A DNA stretch of 61,914 nt from an uncultured Erysipelotrichaceae bacterium (GCA_902788975.1 CADAMI010000001.1:1-61914), one strand, 5' to 3'; positions 14,613 through 21,552 are shown, numbered from the stretch's first letter. The notes: generated from the sequence alone by a model not told the origin. Program-made: numbers and translations.

Positions 14613-15413
14613 TTATAATACATCAAACAAAGTATTAATAACAAAAGGAGATAAAGAATTATTTACTTTAAAAATAAAATCATTAACATCATACCCACTT
14701 AAATCATAATTATCACTATACCCATTAATCCTAGCTATTTCACGAATAGTACAAGTAGTACGTTTAGGATTAAAATGGTAATAATGCTTCCCAGTATCAT
14801 TATTAATTGGGAATAACATAGAAATCCTATCAGCATTATCTATTTCATCTCTAAGTTTTTTACTATTAGAAGGTTTTTTATTACTACCATCAGCAAATTT
14901 CTTTTTATCTATATTATTCTTAATACCTAATTTTTTAAACACATCATCTTTTACACCTAATTCTGAAAAGATTTTATATTTTTCAAAATTAGCAGCAGCA
15001 TTATTATTAGGGATATTTAAAGTATCAGCTATTTTATAATATTCCTTTTCTAGTTTATCGATTTTTTTACCATACAATAATGCTATAGGAGCTATATGAT
15101 TATGTGGAATAGCTATTAAATCAATATCATCACTAAAAGAAAAGTATATTTTTTCTTTGCTGCAAATTATTAATAATCGCATAATATTATTAGGTAAACC
15201 AAAAAATGTATTAGATGCAATACCTTTAAATAATATATGGAAACCTTTTGATTGTAATTTGGTTGTCAGTTTTTTATACAAAATATCATCATTAATTAAT
15301 TTAGAAGGTAAATCTAAAATAAGTTTATCATTATAAAAAAAGTCAAAATCTAAATTAATTAAATCTCTTATACCTTTTTTAGAATTCAAATTTACATAAT
15401 TATCATTAAACAT
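14613..15413 (-). CDS. DNA (cytosine-5)-methyltransferase-like protein lacking the N-terminal catalytic motifs (truncated or degenerate)
   Basis: GFHILFKGIASNTFFGLPNNIMRLLII (motif VIII-like), TIREIARINGYSDNYDLSG (motif IX), VNNSLSP (motif X-like). No FxGxG or PCQ motif. Start moved to ATG 15413 behind GGAG. Confidence 0.45.
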   Translation of the reverse strand: MFNDNYVNLNSKKGIRDLINLDFDFFYNDKLILDLPSKLINDDILYKKLTTKLQSKGFHILFKGIASNTFFGLPNNIMRLLIICSKEKIYFSFSDDIDLIAIPHNHIAPIALLYGKKIDKLEKEYYKIADTLNIPNNNAAANFEKYKIFSELGVKDDVFKKLGIKNNIDKKKFADGSNKKPSNSKKLRDEIDNADRISMLFPINNDTGKHYYHFNPKRTTCTIREIARINGYSDNYDLSGYDVNDFIFKVNNSLSPFVINTLFDVL

Positions 15414-15437
15414 TTTAACATTCTCCAAAAAATTAAA

Positions 15438-15520
15438 GGTTGGTAAAAATAGTTCGTATACTAGCGAAATTGAGTCCTCAAATTTCGTTCGTATACTTGC
15501 GAACAGTTCGCATACCAACC
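15438..15520. repeat. Nested repeat complex (operator or recombination-site candidate)
   Basis: An 8-bp IR GGTTGGTA/TACCAACC brackets two 17-bp direct repeats GTTCGTATACT(A/T)GCGAA (15452-68, 15487-503). These flank the palindrome CGAAATTGAG-TC-CTCAAATTTCG. Confidence 0.85.
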
Positions 15521-15574
15521 AATTGTTATAAAAATGTTGAATAAAAATAGTATTCGGCAATCATTGTATTATCA

Positions 15575-15690
15575 TAAGGTTGAATTTTTATTTTTGTTGA
15601 TATGAAAAAACATTTGGTTGGTCTTGTTTTGGTTGAACGAAACAAATTGTGCATTATTTTTTGGTTGAAAAATCATTTGGTTGAAAAAAT
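15575..15690. repeat. Dispersed TTTGGTTGA(A) motif, five or six copies
   Basis: GGTTGA at 15578, 15631, 15663 and 15679, with variants at 15595 and 15615. Non-coding. Confidence 0.7.
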
Positions 15691-15706
15691 TTTAAAATGT
15701 GAAAAA
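15691..15706. repeat. 16-nt direct repeat TTTAAAATGTGAAAAA, left copy (partner at 20510-20525)
   Basis: Read directly. The two copies bracket the amidoligase island plus the iteron array. Confidence 0.8.
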
Positions 15707-16121
15707 TCATAATATTGACTTGGGTGCAAACAAACGACGTAGCTGCCGTATTGGGATTTTTCGGTGGTGGTATGCCCGTTTTTGACCTTATAAACCATAG
15801 ATTTTTGGTTATAGCTTCAAAGGGTCATTTTTATGAAAAAAAGTTGATTTTAGTTTGATTAAGTTGTGTAATATTGATTAAAGCCTAATCCAGTTACTCT
15901 TAGCTATTTTTATATTATTTTTTCAAAAAAGCTGTTTCAAGTTTCTTAAGATTTGTTAAAGTTTTGAAGTTTTTCTTCGATGTTTATTATTACTTTTATA
16001 GTATCGAAGTATTACATAAAAAACACTAAGAATTTGAAGTAATATAATAGAATCATACAAGTATCTATATGATTAAAATGAGTTTTATAGAATTTGTTTT
16101 ATATATTACAAACTAATTTAG

Positions 16122-16163
16122 CTGCCGAAAAAAATAAAATAGAGAACTTAGTGTTCTCTATAT
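16122..16163 (-). terminator. Stem-loop plus T-run terminator after the island operon
   Basis: Minus strand ATAGAGAAC-ACTAA-GTTCTCTAT followed by TTTATTTTTTT, starting 1 nt after stop 16164-16166. Confidence 0.7.
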
Positions 16164-17243
16164 CTATTCTAGGTCGTTTTCTGCTTCTTCAGCCAATCTA
16201 GCTTCTCTCTCGTAATATCTTTTATTACGTCTCGCTACAAACTGTAAAAGCTGTATTGAGTGTCCAGTTGTCTCAGAAAGGAATTCTATGAACCTATCAG
16301 CTGTTAAGGCTCTTTCTAAGTCCTCTTCGTTATAAATAACTGTCTCTGCGTATATCAATAGATGGTCGCATATCTCTACGGAGCAATAGATGCTTTCTAG
16401 GTCTAAAGAACCTCTGAAGAATCGGAATTCTATTGTTTCGCGAGTGAAGTTCACCGCTAGGTATCTACTGAAACTAATGAGCCTATCTAGGTCATAGTCT
16501 TCAATATTAGGGATACGGCAGTATCCCATTCCGTTTCTGCCGCTTATAGCTTTTATAAAGGTTGGATTAGCTATTATAAATTTAATTAGGAATTGAATAG
16601 CTTCTTTAGACCATTCGTCTTTGCTGAAATGTACGTGCAATCCACAGTTGCCTCCGTTCCAGCTGCGAATCCTATAGGTTTCTCTTAGGTCTGTAAGGAG
16701 ATTGCAGATGTCTTTGTAGCCTACTTCTCTCCAGTACTCTCTAGTCATTGGGTCAGTTATGATTTCGACCCCATCAGTTAATGAGCCATCTCTTTCGAAG
16801 TAAAAGCTGTCTGTATATCCACTAAGGATATCACAGAACCCTTCGTCTATCCCATCGTGAATAGATTCTATTTCGAGCTCAAAGCCTCTGTAAGCTACTT
16901 TGAAGGATTCTCCGTTGTCTCTAGGTGCAAAACAGCCCTTATGCGCGTGATAGTCTTGAATGGGGCTCATAGATTCTTCAGATCCTGTTACGCAACACCC
17001 ACAGTAGGTTAAGCCATCATAGCCCTCGTGAGTATGCTCAAGGCTCAATAATCTTCCACAGCCTTCGCAGATGCAAGTATTGTCGTAAAGCTGCTGTGTA
17101 GCTTCTTCGATTTGCTCAATCAATGCTCTAGTGTCGCAGCACATTGAGTAATTGTTATCGATTATCTCAGTTGCGTTAAGAATTACTTCGCAAATGTCGC
17201 TAAAGTTAAGTCCATTTAAGATTGTTTCGTTTCTGTTAGTCAT
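16164..17243 (-). CDS. Zinc-ribbon + glutamine-synthetase-like carboxylate-amine ligase (Amidoligase_2-type), paralogue 1
   Basis: CEGCGR...HTHEGYDGLTYCGCCV; RGFELEIES; ERDGSLTDGVEIITDPM; GGNCGLHVHFS; ETIEFRFFRG. Confidence 0.7.
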   Translation of the reverse strand: MTNRNETILNGLNFSDICEVILNATEIIDNNYSMCCDTRALIEQIEEATQQLYDNTCICEGCGRLLSLEHTHEGYDGLTYCGCCVTGSEESMSPIQDYHAHKGCFAPRDNGESFKVAYRGFELEIESIHDGIDEGFCDILSGYTDSFYFERDGSLTDGVEIITDPMTREYWREVGYKDICNLLTDLRETYRIRSWNGGNCGLHVHFSKDEWSKEAIQFLIKFIIANPTFIKAISGRNGMGYCRIPNIEDYDLDRLISFSRYLAVNFTRETIEFRFFRGSLDLESIYCSVEICDHLLIYAETVIYNEEDLERALTADRFIEFLSETTGHSIQLLQFVARRNKRYYEREARLAEEAENDLE

Positions 17244-17280
17244 ATTTAGTTCCTCCGTTTGTTATATAAGTTGTTTAGAT

Positions 17281-17778
17281 TTATTGTAGTTCTTCTAGCT
17301 GTATTCTAGATTGTTGTTCTAATTTTTTTCTAAAGGTTTCTAAAAGTTCTTCGTATGTTTCAGATTGCTCTATAGTTGTTTTAGCCCCATTGAGCCACCC
17401 CCAGATGACTCTATAGTGTCTAATCTTATCGTAGCAACCTTCGATTGTATTTAAGTGTCTTTTGGTCGCAGGAATGTATTCTAGCCTTCCGATTATCCAA
17501 AGGGATATAGGATAATCGTCTTCGACTAATTCGGTTATTATTAGGTCGTCATAATAATTAAGGCATTTCCATAAGGCTTTTAGCTTCAATTCGACTTCTT
17601 CTAGGTCTTTATTTAAGCAGTCAACCACGTAGCTGGTTGAAAAGCATTCTAGTTCCCATAGATAATGTTTAATTAATTCATAGGGATTGGAGTATAATCC
17701 GTGCTTTTCAGCAAATGTTTTAGAATGTGCGAATTTAAATTCTTCAATTGTAGGTGCTTCGTTGTTTCTTATAGTCAT
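17281..17778 (-). CDS. Hypothetical acidic protein (island)
   Basis: 165-aa ORF behind TTAACGGAGGAACTAAAATG. No motif recognised. Confidence 0.7.
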   Translation of the reverse strand: MTIRNNEAPTIEEFKFAHSKTFAEKHGLYSNPYELIKHYLWELECFSTSYVVDCLNKDLEEVELKLKALWKCLNYYDDLIITELVEDDYPISLWIIGRLEYIPATKRHLNTIEGCYDKIRHYRVIWGWLNGAKTTIEQSETYEELLETFRKKLEQQSRIQLEELQ

Positions 17779-17854
17779 TTTAGTTCCTCCGTTAATAATT
17801 TAAGTTATTTAAGTTCATATTTTTAAAAAGGGGTAATTTAGTACCCCTTCGTGC

Positions 17855-18883
17855 TTAATAGCCTCTTTGAGCTATGCGTTTTTGTTTTAAGTTCCATATA
17901 CGATGTCTTCGTGCTATGAAGCCTAATAAGATGTCTGCATTTGAAGTAGTTGCTCTTAGCCATTCTTCGAATCCTCTAGGGCTCAAGGTATAATCGCAGA
18001 TGTCTCCGTTCTCGCTTATATGCTCGCAGTATCTTAATAGGTAATCGCATAATTCGATACTGCACCAGATGCTCGGAGTATCCAAAGTACCCCTAAAGAA
18101 TCTGAATTCAGCGGTTTCACGAGTGAAGTTCACCGCTAGGTATCTCTCAGAGTTATAAAGGCTTTCTAAGTCGTAGTCATTGAAATTAGGGATACGGCAA
18201 TATCCGAAATCGTCTCTACCGCTCAAAGCTTTGAAATAGGTCGGATTCGCAATTATTAGTTTAATTAATGTTCTGAAGGTCTCGCTAGACCATTCGTCTC
18301 TACTGAAGTGGACGTGGAGACCGCAATTTCCTCCGTCCCAACTGTAGACTCCTCCGACCCCCTTAAGGTCTGTGATTAGGTCTCTTAGGACATCAAAGCC
18401 CACGTTCCTCCAGTATTCGAATGACATCGGATTTGAGATGACTTCGAATCCGTTATTTAGGCTTCCGTCCTCTTCAAAGGCAAATTCAGAATCATAGTTC
18501 TCTAAGATTTCGAATAGCTCTAAATTTAGCCCGTTTGTTTCAATTTCGAGCTCAAAGCCTCTAAATTTTTGAGGTAGAACCTCTCCGTTGTCTTTAAATT
18601 CATAAGTGCCTTTATGGTAATGGTAAGACCTAATAGGACTGTAAGCTCTGTTCGCATCTTCTACGCAACACCCACAGTAGGTATTTCCGTCGTAGCCTTC
18701 GTGAGTGTGTCCGTAGGAGATTATTCTACCGCAGTTTTCACAGACATTCATTTCGTCTGCGAAGGTACTTGCGTAGCTTATAAGTTCATCAAGATATCCT
18801 TGTAGTTCGCAACAAACCCCTTCGTTGTCTAAGTTTTGTGCAGCGTCTAAGATTCTTTCGATTTGTTGTTGTGCGTAAGTCAT
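17855..18883 (-). CDS. Zinc-ribbon + Amidoligase_2-type ligase, paralogue 2
   Basis: CENCGR...HTHEGYDGNTYCGCCV; RGFELEIET; EEDGSLNNGFEVISNPM; GGNCGLHVHFS; ETAEFRFFRG. Roughly half the residues are identical to paralogue 1 by eye. Confidence 0.7.
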   Translation of the reverse strand: MTYAQQQIERILDAAQNLDNEGVCCELQGYLDELISYASTFADEMNVCENCGRIISYGHTHEGYDGNTYCGCCVEDANRAYSPIRSYHYHKGTYEFKDNGEVLPQKFRGFELEIETNGLNLELFEILENYDSEFAFEEDGSLNNGFEVISNPMSFEYWRNVGFDVLRDLITDLKGVGGVYSWDGGNCGLHVHFSRDEWSSETFRTLIKLIIANPTYFKALSGRDDFGYCRIPNFNDYDLESLYNSERYLAVNFTRETAEFRFFRGTLDTPSIWCSIELCDYLLRYCEHISENGDICDYTLSPRGFEEWLRATTSNADILLGFIARRHRIWNLKQKRIAQRGY

Positions 18884-18907
18884 TTTAGTTCCTCCGTTTC
18901 ATCTAAG

Positions 18908-19093
18908 TTATAAGTAGTTGCCGTTTAACTGTGCGATTATATTTTTAGTGTCTAAGATTCTCATAAAAAGGTCTTTAGGAATCCAGTTACCTTTGTAGGC
19001 AGCACGTTCCAATTCAAGTTCTTTTAAAGTTTCAAGTTCTGTTTCTAGGTATTGTAACCAGTCAAAAGTTTCTTCGTTTTCGTAATAGTTCAT
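18908..19093 (-). CDS. Hypothetical small acidic protein (61 aa, island)
   Basis: ORF-track 18908-19132. Start moved to ATG 19093 behind TAGGAGGAACTAAAATG (MNYYENEETFDW...). Confidence 0.6.
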   Translation of the reverse strand: MNYYENEETFDWLQYLETELETLKELELERAAYKGNWIPKDLFMRILDTKNIIAQLNGNYL

Positions 19094-19124
19094 TTTAGTT
19101 CCTCCTAGTAAGATTAGCTGGAAT

Positions 19125-19454
19125 TTAGTCATTCCAGCTTAATATTTGGTCTAAGACCTCTAAAGCTTCTTCGTATGCATCAGTAGTTATTTGAGCTTTT
19201 AAAAGCTCTAAATCGTTCTCTCTAGCACTTTCGTACCAACCTCGTAAGTAATAAGCGTCTGACACACCGTGAGATTCTAATTCGTTAATTCGTTCCCATG
19301 CGTATCCCATTCGCTCATCGTAGAACTGTTCGTTATCTTTAGATATACAGATTGCTTCTTCTACGAGATTAGCCACGTAGTCTACTTCACAGGTGCTTAG
19401 GAGGTCATAGACCTCTTTAAGCACAGTTTTTCTAATATCAATTGGTTCGCACAT
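19125..19454 (-). CDS. Hypothetical acidic protein (109 aa, island)
   Basis: Behind AACGGAGGAATCTAAATG. Abuts the next gene. Confidence 0.65.
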   Translation of the reverse strand: MCEPIDIRKTVLKEVYDLLSTCEVDYVANLVEEAICISKDNEQFYDERMGYAWERINELESHGVSDAYYLRGWYESARENDLELLKAQITTDAYEEALEVLDQILSWND

Positions 19455-19742
19455 TTAGATTCCTCCGTTTCTAATAGAATGACCGTAGCCTTCAAAGTTA
19501 CCATAAGTACCATCTCTAGTCAATTCGAATTCTATAGCTTCTTCAAAGGTATATAAAAGCTCAAGATATTTCTTCTCAGAACATTTAAGGTTCTCACGGT
19601 TCTCGAAATCCTTCAAGACCATTTCGATTTCTCCACCAACGTCATCAAGCAACATACGTTGTTTGTATGGGCTCAAAGTACTTACGATGCTTCTTGCGAA
19701 ACATTCGGACAATTTTGCGTATTCAGATTTTTCAAAAGTCAT
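19455..19742 (-). CDS. Hypothetical protein (95 aa, first gene of the island operon; ends ...RNGGI)
   Basis: Behind AACGGAGGAATTTCTTATG. Confidence 0.65.
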   Translation of the reverse strand: MTFEKSEYAKLSECFARSIVSTLSPYKQRMLLDDVGGEIEMVLKDFENRENLKCSEKKYLELLYTFEEAIEFELTRDGTYGNFEGYGHSIRNGGI

Positions 19743-20040
19743 AAGAAATTCCTCCGTTCTATTGGAGCTTTACTCTCCAACAGTTGCTTTCTTCTACCTA
19801 TTGGGCAACGCTCCTACACTCGCAAAAACGACATTAACCATTGCAAAAATCACTTAGATTCGAAGAAAAGCTTATAGCTTTTTTAGATACTTTATGTAAT
19901 TAAAACGCCGTTTTTTCTTACTTAAAGTTACTTTAACGCCGAAAACGATTCTGTATTCTTTATTAGTATAGTACCGTTTTATGAATCGAGTAAAACGGAT
20001 TTAGGGGAATCTAATAGCTCAATTCGGATCCAAGAATCAC

Positions 20041-20334
20041 TATAGTTTTATAAAATACTAACAGTTTCAAAGTACATAAACAGTTTCATCTACGTAAAAC
20101 AGTTTCAAAGTATACAAACAGTTTAATAGTACATAAACAGTTTCAAAGTACATAAACAGTTTCATCTACGTAAAACAGTTTTATAAAATACTAACAGTTT
20201 CAAAGTATATAAACAGTTTAACAGTACACGAACAGTTTCAAAGTACATAAACAGTTTAATAGTACATAAACAGTTTCAAAGTACATAAACAGTTTTTAAA
20301 AATACGAACAGTTTCATTGACGTAAAACAATCGT
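20041..20334. repeat. Iteron array: 16 contiguous 19-bp units with invariant AACAGTTT core
   Basis: Core starts at 20060, 20079 ... 20307, exactly every 19 nt, with degenerate end units at 20041 and 20326. There are four unit subtypes, with a partial 133-bp higher-order repeat. Confidence 0.95.
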
Positions 20335-20357
20335 GGCGTGGCGTGGGCGTGGCGGTG
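20332..20357. repeat. CGTGG pentamer tract (cgtgg cgtgg cgtggg cgtgg cggtg)
   Basis: Read directly. Bracketed by the inverted 8-mers AATCGTGG (20329-36) and CCACGATT (20423-30). Confidence 0.9.
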
Positions 20358-20440
20358 TCCACAAATTTGAAAACGCACCTAAATTTTTTCTGCTCCTTTT
20401 AATGGACTTTGTGTAGCACTCCCCACGATTTTTTATTTTT

Positions 20441-20510
20441 TTATTTATCAATATTTATCAATATTTATCAATATTAATCAATATTTGATTTTTATCAAAT
20501 TTAAAATGTG
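20441..20510. repeat. About 4.5 copies of the 11-bp unit TTTATCAATAT, ending in a near-palindrome
   Basis: ttatttatcaatatttatcaatatttatcaatattaatcaatatttgatttttatcaaat. Confidence 0.85.
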
Positions 20511-20525
20511 AAAAAAATTTTTTTA
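20510..20525. repeat. 16-nt direct repeat TTTAAAATGTGAAAAA, right copy
   Basis: Identical to 15691-15706. Confidence 0.8.
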
Positions 20526-20535
20526 TAAAAAATAC

Positions 20536-20575
20536 ATTATATATAACAAATACTTAGTATATAAAGTGGGGGTGG
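20536..20575 (-). promoter_or_regulatory. Diverged eighth copy of the promoter cassette, reading into the iterons and island
   Basis: Shares attatatat-N10-tagtatataaag with the consensus (N8 there). A G-rich GGGGGTGG replaces the GAAACC upstream element. Confidence 0.35.
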
Positions 20576-20700
20576 CGTGTATATAAAAATTTTTTATTTA
20601 CTTTTTAAATAATATAAAAATAGAATAGTATTACGTACACGGGGTGGGTATTATTATATAAAAAATATATATAAAAAAATAAATTCTTTTTTTTTCATTT

Positions 20701-20736
20701 AACCCATTGTACCCAATAAACCCATTGTACCCAATA
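20701..20736. repeat. 2 x 18-bp exact tandem AACCCATTGTACCCAATA (four ACCCAWT cores at 9-bp spacing)
   Basis: Read directly. Confidence 0.9.
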
Positions 20737-20737
20737 A

Positions 20738-20940
20738 ATTTATATAAATATAAATATAAATATATAAAAAATAATATATATTATATTTAATAATATATTA
20801 TTTTAAATAATATTTAATTATTTAATTATATAATATTATATATTATTATTTATAATAAAAATATAAATTTTATTAATAAATAATTATAAATAATATATTA
20901 ATAATTTATATAATTACTTTTACAATCATTCAATATATTG
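20738..20940. other. ~200 bp of almost pure A/T: candidate DNA-unwinding element
   Basis: Only a handful of G/C in 20738-20940. Adjacent to the iterons and other repeats. Confidence 0.5.
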
Positions 20941-20945
20941 AATGA

Positions 20946-21263
20946 CTATTTTTTCTTATACAAATACATTTTTTCATATGGAACATACAAACCACAATCA
21001 ATACAAACATATTGATTTAAACTTCTTCTTCCAAACCTTTTAAATGAACCACCACATTCACAAACATACAATGACAAATCTAAATATAAAATATCATTAT
21101 CATTATTGATTTTTAAATTAACAATATCATCATTTTTATCATCATCTTTTAAATCATTATTTGTATTATTTGTTTTATTCTTTCTAAATTTATTAAAATT
21201 AGGATTACTTTTACTTTTGCATTTTTTAACAATTATATTATTAATGTCTTTAACCAAAAACAA
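20946..21263 (-). CDS. Small zinc-ribbon protein with N/K/D-rich N-terminus
   Basis: CECGG...CIDCG; 105 aa. Confidence 0.55.
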   Translation of the reverse strand: MFLVKDINNIIVKKCKSKSNPNFNKFRKNKTNNTNNDLKDDDKNDDIVNLKINNDNDILYLDLSLYVCECGGSFKRFGRRSLNQYVCIDCGLYVPYEKMYLYKKK

Positions 21264-21315
21264 TCATCTCCCAAATATACACCATAACACCATAAAAAAT
21301 AAAAAAATAAGCTAA

Positions 21316-21530
21316 AAGGGTGGTGGGTGGTACTACCCCCTTGTATTTTTGAATTAAATATATCCCTTATATTTTCTTTATGGGTGGTGGTAGTATTTTA
21401 CTATAAATAGGTGGTGGTATTTCCAATATACCCCTAATTAATTAAAAACGTTTTATTTTATCAAATAATAACTAATAGGGGGTGGTTTAAACTATCAAAA
21501 AAGTACCATTTGATATACATCAAACCACCA
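21316..21530. repeat. Dispersed GGTGGT(G/A/T) G-rich motifs in an AT-rich spacer
   Basis: gggtggtgggtggta (21318), tgggtggtggtagta (21381), aggtggtggtat (21409), gggggtggttt (21477). Inverted copy aaaccacc at 21523. Confidence 0.7.
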
Positions 21531-21552
21531 ATTTATACCATTTTAATTCAAT

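Larger units (their letters stand above)
15700..20440 (-). mobile_element. Compositionally and translationally distinct gene island (possible horizontally acquired cassette)
   Basis: Distinct features: GC-richer coding and non-coding DNA, its own AACGGAGGAAYTAAAATG initiation cassette, its own hairpin-oligoT terminator, and flanking 0.6-kb and 1.2-kb non-coding DNA with a 16-nt direct repeat. No recombinase was seen. Confidence 0.4.

Noticed and set aside
15451-15503. loxP-like recombination site (ATAGTTCGTATAC matches 11 of 13 positions of the loxP arm ATAACTTCGTATA)
   Set aside because: The arms here are direct rather than inverted repeats. No tyrosine or serine recombinase gene is recognisable anywhere in the genome. 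The resemblance is probably coincidental in AT-rich DNA.
15414-15560. N-terminal extensions offered by the ORF track (14613-15560, 9071-9376, 44518-44826, 18908-19132, 36453-36995, 49910-51457 and others)
   Set aside because: The extensions start at non-ATG codons or lack an RBS, and they run through repeats or the 3' end of the upstream gene. Internal ATGs with AGGTGAT/GGAGG at 5-9 nt were preferred.
15602-15712. 36-aa plus-strand ORF (MKKHLVGLVLVERNKLCIIFWLKNHLVEKILKCEKS) in the island's left flank
   Set aside because: There is no RBS. Its repetitive LVE/WLK content simply reflects the TTGGTTGA DNA motif. It would be the only plus-strand gene.
20041-20334. Could the 19-bp repeat array be a CRISPR array?
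   Set aside because: The units are contiguous, with no unique spacers between them. The period is only 19 bp, and no cas genes are present. This is an iteron-type tandem array.
15700-20440. G+C content alone as proof that the island is foreign
   Set aside because: My hand counts give 23/60 G+C at 16381-16440 against 9/60 at 3061-3120. However, the capsid gene reaches 26/60 at 48001-48060. GC in this genome also tracks expression level. The island call therefore rests on the combination of RBS style, terminator, GC-rich non-coding flanks and flanking repeats, and it remains tentative.
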